A DNA stretch of 64,000 nucleotides from assembly GCA_045837725.1 (NCBI GenBank), contig JBEWZL010000061.1:62001-126000 (forward strand), given 5' to 3'. The stretch is from Vermamoeba vermiformis (Eukaryota). Position numbers and translations under genes: made by a program. A model generated the notes under the pieces. It searched no databases. It was not told the origin of the DNA and was given only the letters and a program-made list of their open reading frames with translations. Positions 37,292-49,215 of this stretch are shown here, piece by piece (position 1 is the stretch's first letter; every line of letters begins with the position of its first letter).

Positions 37292-37787
37292 ATTATTTCT
37301 AAAAATTATTCTGGTTAAAGCTAGGAACGAGGGATTGACAATAAGTGATAGCGAAAAGATGCTTAATGAAAATAAATTTACTGTCAATTTATTTTTAATT
37401 AGTTTGTAATTCTGAATTTTTGCAAACCTTCAAGCTAAAATTACGAAAAATTGCCAACTTTACTATGTAATATAGCAAATAAATATCACTTCGTAATAAA
37501 TTATCACTTACAGTTTCGCGTGGATCAGTGCCACTTATTATGATTGTGCTAAGCTTTACCGTTTATCGCTCGTCAGACCATAATTTATTCACGCGCCGTT
37601 GTGGTGATATTATCCAAAAATTTTAATTTTACTCCAGCTGGTTTTTCTTTTCACCAAACACCGTTGTTAGTCGCGTATGCCTTGCCACTGACTCTACTTA
37701 TCATTACTAGCTGGGCAAATCTTGACTTCGTGTGCGTGAAGTATTTTGCTGTCCCATCCCACTTTCGAAATCTAATTTTGTATCCCC

Positions 37788-38910
37788 TCAGCACTTTCTA
37801 TTAACAATACTAGGGCCATATTCGTTGTATTCTTCTTTCGAGATGCACATAGGCAGGAATGTAGACAACGAGCCCAAAATTGAACCGCCAGTCCAAGATG
37901 AGAACTGTCGGTAAGGCGGATCTATCACTTTGATCTTCATATTTGGAGGCGCAAGAGCCGTCAACTCCTTGAGTAACCGCTCTGCCATGCCAGGGAACGA
38001 TGTATTGCCTCCAGATAGAACAACATTGCCATACATAATGCGTCTGAATATCTTTGTCGCACTTCACGATAGAACTGTGCACGAGTTCATTAATGCCAGC
38101 GGTCTCCAACCCTAACAGCGATGGCTGAAACATCACTTCAGGGCATCGAATGCGCGCGTTGCCACATATGATCGGAGGCCCATCAGGCAGCTCGTAGATC
38201 AGTTCCGCATGTGCTGCAGCGGCAATAGCTTGCATCTCTTGATCCAAATCTTTTGCAACATAGCAGCACTTCTCCTTGATGTCACGAACTATCTCTCGGC
38301 CGGCCGTGGAAGTGAGCGAGTATCCACGCTCAGCCAATAACTTTGTCAAGTAGTCGGTCAGATCGCGACCTCCAATGTCCATGCGCATGATAGCGGAACG
38401 AACAGCGTGACCTTCAAAGACAGGCACGACCTCTGTCGTTCCGTCACCCGACTGCAGCACAACACCAGTGCCACGACCAGAAGCATACATTGATAACACG
38501 GACTGATTTGCCACGTACATTGCAGGCACTTCAAACTTCTCGAACATGATCTGAGTCATTTTTTCTCTGTTAGGCTTCGGGTTCAATGCAGGCTCGGTGA
38601 GCAGTACTGGATGTTCTGACGGGTTAACACCAAGTGCAGTGTTGAAGGTATGTCGCCAAATCATCTCCATATCGTCCCAGTTGTTGACGATTCCTCGCTC
38701 GATCGGATAGCTCATTAATCCTTTCTTATTTGTCGCATGATCACCAACGTAAGTGTGAGTAGAAGCGTCTGATCCGTTCGCATTATCCAGCGTTCCATTC
38801 ATATGACAGACAACACCAGGAAATGTTACTCGAGGAGCATCGTCTCCAGCAAATCCTGCTTTGATTAAATCGGATCCATTGTCGATAACCAACGTCGTGA
38901 AGTCTTCCAT
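37788..38910 (-). CDS. Divergent actin-like protein A4 (+1 frameshift at ~38037)
   Basis: ORFs 37810-38910 and 37788-38036 join as [15 protein letters not shown]. Confidence 0.85.
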
Positions 38911-39232
38911 TGTTAATTTAATTAAAGCTGAAAATTAGAAAATTAAAATAATTATGATACTAAGGCAAATAATACGTTCTTTATTTAGGTGGTTATTCAA
39001 AAATTCAACTGATTAAAAATAAACATTAACGGTTAAAATTAGATTTTAATTTGTTAAACTTACTGGTCAGGCAGATGGCGGACGGAAATTAGCGAGCAGA
39101 CTTAAGTCTATTGCTGTACCACGACGAAGGTAGTTTTATTTGTTTTTGGTTGATTGTTGGTGCACGTTAAACGATTAAACAAAGAGGACTAAAAATACAA
39201 GGCGCCGAAGATTTCTGGTGGACCTGTTTCTT

Positions 39233-40350
39233 TCAAAAGCACTTTCTATTAACAGTAATTGGTCCGCATTCGTTGTACTCTTCCTTTTTTATCCAACAGT
39301 CTTGAAAGGTTGACAGCGAAGTCAAAATAGAACCACCGATCCAAGTTGAATACTTTCGTTCAGGAGGCGCGATGACCTTGGCCCTCATGTCAGGAGGAGT
39401 CCTAGGAGCCAACTCTTTTTGCAATCGATCGGCAAAACCTCGAAACATTGTGTTACCGCCAGTCAGTACAATATTGCCGTAGACAAACTTCTGTATGTCA
39501 GGATGAATCTTCATGATAGCGCCATGAACGAGCTCATGCACACCAGTCTTTTCCAATCCCAATAGTGTTGGTTGGAACATTACTTCGGGACATCTTATGC
39601 GTGCGTTACCAGGGTTAATTGCAACATCACTATGGACCGTGTCTGTTTGAAGACCGAAGTTTGCATCCGCAGCGTAATTTTGCATCTCCTGTTCGAAGTC
39701 CAACGCTACGTAGCAAAGGGTCTCTTTGATATGAGCGACTATTGCTCGATCTGAACTATTGTATTGATGACCCTTCTCTTCCAACAGTTTTAACATGTAG
39801 TCTGTCAAATCTTGACCGCCAATATCCAAGCGCATGATCGCGTGACGCAGTGCGTGTCCCATGGTAGATAGGAACAACGTGTGTGATCCCATCACCGGAC
39901 TCTACTATAACACCAGTCGTAGGTCCACTTGCGCAGAGTGCCAACGCGGCTTGATCCGCGAGATAGAACCGCTGGAACTTTAAATGTTTCGAACATTATT
40001 TCAGTGGTCTTCTCTCTGTTGGCTTTAGGGTTCATTGAAGGCTCGGTTAGTAACACGGGACGTTCCTCGGCGTTGACTTTAAGTTCCTTATCGAAAGTGT
40101 GACGCCAAAGTATCTCCATATTATCCCAGTTATTAACGACCCCGCGCTCTATGGGATAATTTAGCCTTAATGTTCCTCGGTTTGCTAATACCTCGTCTCC
40201 AGCATAATGACTCGGTTGACCCGTTACCGTCGTATCTTTAGGTCTGCCAACAACAGAAGGAAATATTGCGCGCGGGGCATCATCTCCCGCAAATCCTGCT
40301 TTTATACGACTGGATCCGTTGTCGATAACTACGGCCATAACTTCTTCCAT
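39233..40350 (-). CDS. Divergent actin-like protein A5 (+1 frameshifts at ~39969 and ~39859)
   Basis: Three ORF pieces (39892-40368, 39756-39944, 39233-39895) join as [12 protein letters not shown]...IYHG|HALRHA; the extra bases fall in cc and ccc runs. Confidence 0.82.
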
Positions 40351-40780
40351 GATGCACCTTTTAAACAAATTAATGTTATCACTTTACGGTCAATTTAAAA
40401 TAAGAATATAATATCATTACAATAATTATTACAATTATTGAGAACAAGCGCTCGTAATAATTAATAAATTACCAGATTTGAATTTTTAAATTTGGACCAA
40501 AGAAAGAAAATGGTAATATATGGTCCATAATTCATTATCGAGTTTAATAATTAGACTAGTTATTTAATATCGAACTAAAATTTAGATAATGAAAGTAGCA
40601 CGGACTTACGCAAGTCTTAACAATCAAAGTTTTATTAAATACTCGTGTATTATTATATAGACCTAAGGCCGTAGTCACAATTTAGACCTGTTGTGCTATT
40701 TAGTTTTCAAGCGGAATATATTTTACAATTTATTTCTTCACCGAGTTTAGTTTAGTTTTCTCTCGTTCTTAGAGATCTTC

Positions 40781-41875
40781 TTAGAAGCACCTCCTGTGCA
40801 CAACAACAGGCCCACACTCTTCGTACTCCTCCTCGGAGATCCAGATTTGTCGAAATATGGACAACGAACCCAAGATAGAAGCACCGATCCAAACCGAGAT
40901 TTTGCGCTCAGGAGGGGCAATAATTTTGATCCTGTGCCCTGGATCGGCCAAAATAGACAGTTCTTTGCTCAAACGTTCGGCAATTCCTGGAAACATTGTA
41001 TTACCGCCAGCCAAAACGATGTTACTGAACAGCTCTTTACGGATGTCAGCGTCACACTTCATGACCGAGTTGTAAATAGCCTCGTGAATACCGCAAGACT
41101 CCATTCCTAATAGCTGTGGTTGAAATAGAGCTTCAGGACAGCGAAAGCGTTCATTGCCGATCGCGAAGGCACGGATGGAGTCTGGGTATTGCGGGTGAAT
41201 ATCAGCGGCTGTTTGAATTTCTTGTTCGTAGTCCAAAGCCACGGCACAGACGTTTTCCTTGACTTGAATCACATTTTCGCTGTCGATAGAAGCGTAGCCG
41301 CGCTCATTCAACATCTTTGTTAAGTAGCCAGTCAAATCACAGCCAGCCAAGTCAAGACGAATCGTAGCGTGAGGAAGAGCGTGCCCTTCATATATAGGCA
41401 CAACGTGCGTGGCACCATCGCCAGAGTCCAACACCACGCCAGTCGTTCGACCAGCGGCATAGAGTGCAAAGACAGATGGATTGCCAATGTACAAAGCAGG
41501 CACGTCGAAAGTCTCGAACATAATTTGAGCCGCCTTCTCTCTATTAGGCTTGGGGTTCAAGGGAGGCTCGGTAATCAACACAGGAGCCACTGTTGGATCG
41601 CACACTTCCTTTAATTCCTCGTGGAAGACGTAGTCCCAAATTTTCTCCATATCATCCCAGTTGTTGACAATTCCACGCTCAATAGGATAGCTGAGGTCCA
41701 ATACATCACGCTTAGCTCGTGCGTGATAGCCAACGTAATAGGGCTTGAGACCAGGATCAAGACTGTCTGTACGGAGTCGCCCAACGACTGTAGAGAAATC
41801 TCTTGGATACTCATCGCCAGCTAATCCGGCTCTAATTAAACTGGACCCATTGTCAATAACTATGGAAGCAGCCAT
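40781..41875 (-). CDS. Divergent actin-like protein A6 (intact)
   Basis: 364-aa ORF with actin motifs, ending VVHRRCF. Confidence 0.92.
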   Translation of the reverse strand: MAASIVIDNGSSLIRAGLAGDEYPRDFSTVVGRLRTDSLDPGLKPYYVGYHARAKRDVLDLSYPIERGIVNNWDDMEKIWDYVFHEELKEVCDPTVAPVLITEPPLNPKPNREKAAQIMFETFDVPALYIGNPSVFALYAAGRTTGVVLDSGDGATHVVPIYEGHALPHATIRLDLAGCDLTGYLTKMLNERGYASIDSENVIQVKENVCAVALDYEQEIQTAADIHPQYPDSIRAFAIGNERFRCPEALFQPQLLGMESCGIHEAIYNSVMKCDADIRKELFSNIVLAGGNTMFPGIAERLSKELSILADPGHRIKIIAPPERKISVWIGASILGSLSIFRQIWISEEEYEECGPVVVHRRCF

Positions 41876-42241
41876 CGCGACTTAATAGATCTTTCAGTAT
41901 CAAATCTTAAAGACTTAACTCCTGCAAAAAAACTCGCATAAATATTGCCGAGTTATATTTGATTAATTATGGCGTTGAATAACTAAAACAAAAAAATTAA
42001 TTAATTTTTTAATTAAATCCGTTGCTAGTCTTGCTCTTACCTAATTCTGGCGCTTAGAACAGATACTACGAATAACTAATCACGTTAAACCACCATTTAA
42101 GTTTTGCAAAACGCAATGACGGTGGTCGTGCAGGCCATAAAACAAACGTTAATGCCTGAAAAACTGCAGTTTTTTTGTAGCCCCGATTTTTAAGCGCAAA
42201 TTTATTTACAACAATATGACTATATATATTATAACTATGTA

Positions 42242-43614
42242 CTAATTTTGATTGCTCAAGTATGGGCTCACGGATCGCAGAATTTCAAACATCAAGTCTG
42301 GATGCCCCTGCGAAAGAAATGGTAAGTGTGCGTTCGAACATCATTAATATCTGTTTCATTTACTACTTTGACGCTCTCTTGGAAGTCTGAGCAGTTAAGA
42401 ACGGCGTTGAAGTTGCTCAGAATGAAGTCCATACAAAACTTCTTCAGCGTAGCAGCGTGGAACCGATCTGCCGTGGATAATACCGAACCAACATTTTCGA
42501 CTTCAACGTACAATGTTAGTTATTATAATGAAGGCATATAGTGTTTTAGAGACAATTAATTTTTTTGATGTTTTGGATGCAGCACTTACTCGTGACTTGC
42601 TCGGCAATGGTCTTCTCGCAAATGGTCGTCAAACTTGACAATAAGTACTCGTCGGAGAGACTTAGCAATCCTAGTGCAGTCTGCGCGTTCAACTATATTC
42701 ACATAGTTAATAAATGAAGTGAAAGAGCACGTGTCACATCAGATGTTTCCTTATATGGAATTCAGGCTCTTACGTTTTCTACGCGGTCGGTATAGATATA
42801 TTCCAGTAGGGCCTTGAAGGCAAGTGCGGTGTGACCTTCAATTTTAATCTCTGCAGCGGTGGCCTCACGCATATTACCCAAAAACATGGCCCTTGACGCG
42901 AGTCAATTAATACAGCTTCAAATATTGTAATCCTTTCGTACCTAAACTTCTCGCATCTGGCAGCTAAAATAGCACGATGAGCACGAATAGACTCGTCTTC
43001 AACCTTGAAAGTAACGTCGGATAAGATAGGATTCGCCAACAGTTCTTTGAGGTGCACGTTGAGCTCAGCTTGCGGAGTTTCAGTTGGTACTTTTGGTGGT
43101 CGAATGCAATTGCGAATGTGAATATAATCGCCGTTTGTCATGCACACCTGTTGCAACAAAGTTTCAATTATTGAAATTTAAATAAAAAGACTAACGGCCA
43201 CCAATGATTTAAAGATTGATATTTGCAAAGAATAATTGGTACTTACATCAGCTGGGCACTGATCTTGGCGCAATTTTTCAGTGAAGAAGAAAGCCATGCT
43301 GCCTGGAGCCAGATAATGACGCAAATAATATTGCTCGAACATTTTACTGAACGGAGTTGTGTATTTCATTTTGAATTCAGTAATTTCGGATTTATGGACG
43401 CGAACAATTCGGTCGTATTCGCCTTCCAAGTACAGATCCTCATCCGCGATCGCAGTAACCTTGATAATACGTTATTAAATTGCCAAAACGTAAAAAATGC
43501 ATCATTTAATATTTTTTATAATTATTGGCCTTCTGTACGACTAAATTCAAGCTTCCGCTGATTACTGGTTCAATCTCGCATGAAACTTACCATTATCTGC
43601 TCAGGCCCGTCCAT
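42242..43614 (-). CDS. SUMO-like domain + BTB/POZ(-BACK-like) protein, multi-exon
   Basis: FKMKYTTPFSKMFEQY..MAFFF..DQCPAD..MTNGDYI (SUMO-like); LSDVTFKVEDESIRAHRAILAARCEKF..MF.GNMRE..LEYIYT (BTB); LKKFCMDFI..HPDLMFEIL. Confidence 0.8.
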
Positions 43615-43812
43615 GGCTTGCAAAGGAACCAATGCAGGCGCTTGATAGCCTATTTTTTATTTTATTTGTGAAGGTATTGTTGCTCTTGACAGCCTAGCTG
43701 AAATAAATTCGAACTTCATTTTACCGTTATTTTCGGTCGATCCTGAAACACCTCTCCTTTTTGACTTCAAATACGAGCGATCAACCAGAATATTATTTGT
43801 ATCTATTTTTAA

Positions 43813-46800
43813 ATGCCACCGAAACAAAAAGGGGCATCCGTAAAAGAGAAAGAACTTTTACCTCGAGCTTACAAAAAGACGGATGACGTCAAGCCGAAGG
43901 ATTTGATAGAAATATATCACATAGCAGATGAAGTATGCGGAGAAAGTAAGTATTACACAGCAATAGTCGTTCTTCGAAAAATTACCAAAATCCAGCCACA
44001 AGATCACCAGCGCTTCTTCCACAACTGACCCGCTACTGCATAATAAAATAATAATATATTTTTTTGAATTATTGTGGTTGATTTTAATTGCGATCCGAGT
44101 TCTTGGATCCTCGTTCCTTTCGTTCAAAATTTCATTCCTAATTTTGACAAAATAACGAATACTCGTTCTACATTGCTGATCTCTTATTGTAGACAAACGA
44201 AAAATAAATTGCAAGCTCAATCCCAATTGTTTTTTGGGCCTTGGTGAGACCAAACTCGGCGAAGCCATCAAAGCTCAAATTGACAAAGACGAAGGCGCTG
44301 GATTTTATTTACGCGAGCCTAATACATACGTTGGCTTAAAGGTACATAATATATTTATTGCCTCGCGAGTATTTTGGCTAATTTTCTTATTGCAGAATTT
44401 GGGCGCAACTTGTTACATGAACACTTTGCTTCAAGCATTATTCATGAATAAAACCTTCAGACAAGGAGTGTATGATTGGGAAGAAGATCAAAAAGTACGA
44501 TATATTTTTAGTATTATTAAATAGGTACTAACGAACCTAAATTTTGATAGGATCCAAACGCGATCTGTTACCAACTTCAAATGCTTTTTGGATTTTTGCA
44601 AGAAGGCAAAAAGAAGTTCTACGACCCCACACCATTTGCAAACGAAATTAATATTAAGACGGGCGAACAACAAGACGCACAAGAGTAAGAATAGCAAAAT
44701 TTAATTAAAACCATTTGCTAATCCGTATTCAATAGGTTTTATAAAATCTTTATCTCATATTTAGAAGAAGAGTTCAAAAAATCACCAGTGCCGCGTGTTA
44801 ATAATTTAATCGAACAACAATTTCAAGGCAAATCACAATACATCACTATTTGTCAAAATTGCAAAACAGAATCGATACGCGACAGCTCGTTTTACGAATT
44901 AGAATTAGGCATTGATGTACGTAGCTTAGGTTATTATGAATAACTATAATACTTACATACGTAGGATGTTTTGACGGTCGAAGAAAGTATTGGAAAGTAT
45001 CTGGGCGAAGAAGATTTGACCGGATCCAACCAATATTTGTGCGAAATTTGCAACGGCAAACAAGATGCGACAAGATTTATTGCTTTAAAAGAATTGCCTG
45101 AAGTGCTCAGTTTGCAATTGCTGAGATTTTACTACGACATTCAAAGTGGATCCAAGAAGAAAAAGAGCAACGTGATATATTTCCCTACGCGACTGGACAT
45201 GAAGAAATTTGTTCGCGAGCCGAATTTACCCGACGAAGAATACATTTACACTTTGACAAGCATGTTGATTCACATAGGAAATTCAGCTTATGGCGGACAT
45301 TATATTGCTGATATTCGCGACGAAGAGTAAGTTCAACGTACTAAGATACTAACTCTAATTATGAAAAAAAAGTCATAAAAATTTCTTTTGGTGCGCATCC
45401 TGATCCAGATCTGACCGCGAAATAATACCTAACAATTTTGAATAGAACGAATCGGTGGTATCGATTTGATGACGAAGTAGTTGAAGAGATTGAATTGAAT
45501 CTTGAACCGGACTTAGAAGATCAAGCCAAAGAAGAGAAAAAAGTTGCGCCAAAATCACCGAAGAAAAAGCCAGGCAAAAAGGCAACTAATAAGAAAGATA
45601 AAGACGAAGACGAGGATTCTGATGTTAGCGGAGAGACACTATCTTCAAAGTCAAATAAGAATAGCAAAAACAATAATTCTAAGAACAATAACAATAACAA
45701 TAAGGTGCTTGATATTACCGATGATAAGGGCGTTAAGGAATCCAAAGACGGGTAAGTATATTGACGTATATTATGATTAATTCATACTAATCGGGTATTC
45801 TAGCTTCGTCTCGTCAAATTCCGCGTATTTCTTGACGTACACGAAAATAGGAAGAAAAACAGTAGCACAACCAACGGTCCCTGAAAATTTGAAAGCGATT
45901 ATCGAGCTGCAATCAAACGAATTTGAAATGGAAGCAGAAGAAGACAAAAATAAGCGAAACAAAGTCATCGACCTCAAAACAGCGCATCAGCAGCTCTTCG
46001 AAAAGATTTGGAAAGACATTGCCGTCGCGGATCCAGGTGTCTCGTCCAAGTGTTATTGGATCAGCTTAGATTGGCTCAAGTCTTGGATCAAAGGTGAATG
46101 TGAAGTTCAAGAAAAGCCTATCGACAATATTCCACTCGTTTGCCGGCACGACAAGTTAGATCCGCGAAAACTAGCCTCGGCCAAGAGAATCAACCCCGTA
46201 AGCTTTATTTATTACCAACATTTAATTTATTCTAACGTAACCTTTCGTCGTAGGACGTGTGGGATATTTTGTTCGAAAAGTACAAAGGCGGTCCAATTTT
46301 GAACGAAGAATCTTATTGCAAGCAGTGTATTGTCGATATGTCGAATGGTAAGAATAACGCGTGAGAAATACGACATGATTTTTGAAAATTAAACTTTTTT
46401 TGTTTCAGATGTCAAAGCGAGCGAAGAAAAAGCGAGTACCAAGCAAGAAATCCTCGATATGATTGCGAATTCTGAGACAAGCAAAGGTTATTGGCTGTCA
46501 CTAGATTTCGTAAAAGAATTCAAAAAAGCCAAACCAAAGGACCCTGAAACAATTCTAGTCAACCAAGACATTCAATGTCCGCACTCAGGACTGTCCGTTG
46601 AAAGCGAAAAGCATCGAAAGATTGTCTCGTCTGAGGTACGTATCAACTTACAATATCAAGCTGTAATATCAATCTCATTGCTGCACGATAGGTGTGGTCG
46701 TACATCACTTCGCTGTACCCGAATAACATCGAAATGCCAAGTCATGACATCAATGACACTTGTGTGTTGTGCGAAGAACAAGCGGCTGTAAGTAAATTCT

Positions 46801-48424
46801 GCTGTCATAATTAGTGCCATTTGTGTTGTGGACATTAACACGGCTTATTAGGACCACAAAGTCAGTTTGAAGAAAGAGACAGCAAAGCGCGAAAAGCTGA
46901 AAAAAGAATTGCCAATTTTATTCAAATCAACGCCTTCGATTGACGGCAAAAACGAAGCTGTAGGTTAACTTACGCAATTTATTTCGTTAGTTAATTGTCT
47001 ATTAGTTAAAACCAAAACGAATCGTTTTACCGCTGGCAAATGAAGACGAAGGTGAAAAATACTACGTTATTCCGCTGCACTGGGCGGAAAAATGGAGGTA
47101 TTACGTGAGTCATCCGAGAGAAGATCTGGAAGAGCCCGAAGAGTGCGACACTTCTGCTTTCTTGTGCGAACATAAGATGCTTACGTACAACTTTGACGAT
47201 TACTTTGACAACATGAATAACACGGCAATTATGTTGGTGGTATCAGAGGAATGGGACAACATCAAAGATAGGTACGTTCGAACGGCGTGAAAAAATTTTT
47301 TCAGTGAACTCACGTGGCTTCTTTTCCAGATATGGTGGAGGACCAGACATCACCACTTTAACTGAAGTCTGTGAATTGTGTCGCGAGAAAAGACTATTGG
47401 AATGGTCAGAAGGCTGTGTCTTTGTCACCAAAGTCACCAAACTTCAACCACTGAGCTCACTGCAGACTGGTAGTTCTCGATCACGTGGTCGCAAGAAGAT
47501 TGAAGGTGTAACTAGTCAAACAACCGTTCAAAAGTTGAAAATGTTGATTTGTGAAGAGTTGGATCTGCTGCCGTCCGAGCAAGAGTTGCACTACCAAGAC
47601 AGTACGTCAATACTATTCTAAGTATTCTTCGATACTAACAACGTGTTAAGCTATCCTTGTTGACTCGAAAAAGACCTTAGCTGAATATGGCGTCAAAAAT
47701 GACTCTGTTATTCAAGTGCTCAAAGTTGATGGATCCGTCAATGATGACATCGGTATGTAACTCTTGCTCTCTTAAAAATGCTGTTGTTAACTCGTCCGCA
47801 TCTATAGCTATGCGTGATAATGCTAAGGAAGAAGGTTTTCTGGGCTCAACGCTATTGGGCGGCAAAAGAAAGCGTGATGAAGGATCTAGATCCGAAGAGA
47901 CTTCGCGGTCAGAGAATAACAATAACAACACTAGCTCGCAGTGGAAATGTGAAGTATGTACATTAGTCAACGAAGCAGATGACCATACCTGCGCTGCCTG
48001 CACCTCTGCGAAACCAGGGCACGATGGCAAAACAGGCGGGAAAAGATCCCGATCTGACAGCGGCATCGACTCGGACTTTGAAGACGAACAACGCTTAGTG
48101 AAACGTCAACGCATCGACCCGCCTTCAGGGTCTAACAATAATGATCAAAATAATCATCAGGAAGATGAAGGCAATGGAGCAGATGCGGAGATGGATGTTG
48201 ACGTAAAGCCGATGTCTATAAGTATCGGTAACTTGCTTAGAAAAGCAGGAAGTTTCTTGGAAAGAACTTTAAATGGCTCTGACAGTCCCGTAGAAAAGCC
48301 TGTGCCGCAGATTAAAGTCACAGGACCGCCGTCACCGAAGAAACTTGCCAAAATTGGCGAGGATGGCGACAGTTTGTTCGAAGAGTTCGAACTAGGTGCT
48401 CCTGATAAGGCTAATAAGAAATAG
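43813..48424 (+). CDS. USP48: Ubiquitin-specific protease, USP48/UBP26-like (USP + DUSP-like repeats + UBL + RanBP2/NZF zinc finger), multi-exon
   Basis: Cys box GLKNLGATCYMNTLLQ, QQDAQE, His box IHIGNSAYGGHYIA, WYRFDDE; N-terminal NCKLNPNCFLGLGE; YWISLDWLKSW, I.C.H motifs; EEGFLGSTL; WKCEVCTLVN..C..C. Confidence 0.85.
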
Positions 48425-48612
48425 ATTGTTCGTTATTGTAAATATGATATTGCAACATTAAATAGTCGCTCAAATCCACCAAGCCGCAAATAAATTCTTT
48501 TGTTAGGTTTTTCTGACGATTTATTTTAGCTTTTACACACTCAACAGTACCGCTTAGAGCAAATATTCATATAAATTTGCATTTTATTATTGTTTGAAGA
48601 ACGAGAAAGGCT

Positions 48613-49215
48613 ATGGAAAAGTCAGACCACGATCAGATTTCGTTTGAAGCGTTCTTGTTGCGGCCCTATAAGCCTGACAATGAAACTGCTAATGCAATGA
48701 TAAATATCAACTCGAAAAAGCGAAAAAGAGAAGAGGTACAAGACAGTGAAATGGATTTACTTGGTGACTCGGCTGAGGGAGACGTAGAAAACGTAACAAC
48801 ATTATTAAAAAACTATCGTATTGTTACATATGTCACTCAATATGATGGAAACTCTTTTGAACGAATTCGAGGTATGCATCTGAATAATTTAAATTAAATT
48901 CATATCAATTAGTAAATATAATCTTACTATTACCAAAAAATGTCAATATTTTTAGGTCTGTATTCTCATTTAATTCTCAATTTAATTTAATTTTTGCGCC
49001 AACTGTCGAGATCAGATCCATTGTTAATTTTTTGTTTTATAGGACGCACGAGTGCTTTAAGCCACCACAGACTGCGTCATTTGACTCGCAATCGAGTATC
49101 TTCAACGCCAACACGACGCCCTCCAAGCCGAGGACACTTGGCAACACAAGACACTGATCGAGATCCGGAATACATCAGCGTCAAACGACGAAAGATTTGT
49201 GATAGACTATATTAG
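48613..49215 (+). CDS. Hypothetical protein (uncertain gene model)
   Basis: ATG-initiated 94-aa ORF with NLS-like KKRKR and a GTATGC donor; the downstream exon is ambiguous; no recognisable domain. Confidence 0.3.

Noticed and set aside
37292-37387. Hydrophobic 32-aa N-terminal extension on actin A3 suggesting a secreted actin
   Set aside because: Starts at a non-ATG codon in AT-rich upstream DNA; the ATG at 37291 aligns with the starts of the other copies.
32195-41875. Viral (giant-virus actin-like) origin of the intronless actin array
   Set aside because: No viral hallmark genes, terminal repeats or compositional break are visible, and the flanks are ordinary intron-containing host genes. 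It cannot be supported without a phylogeny.
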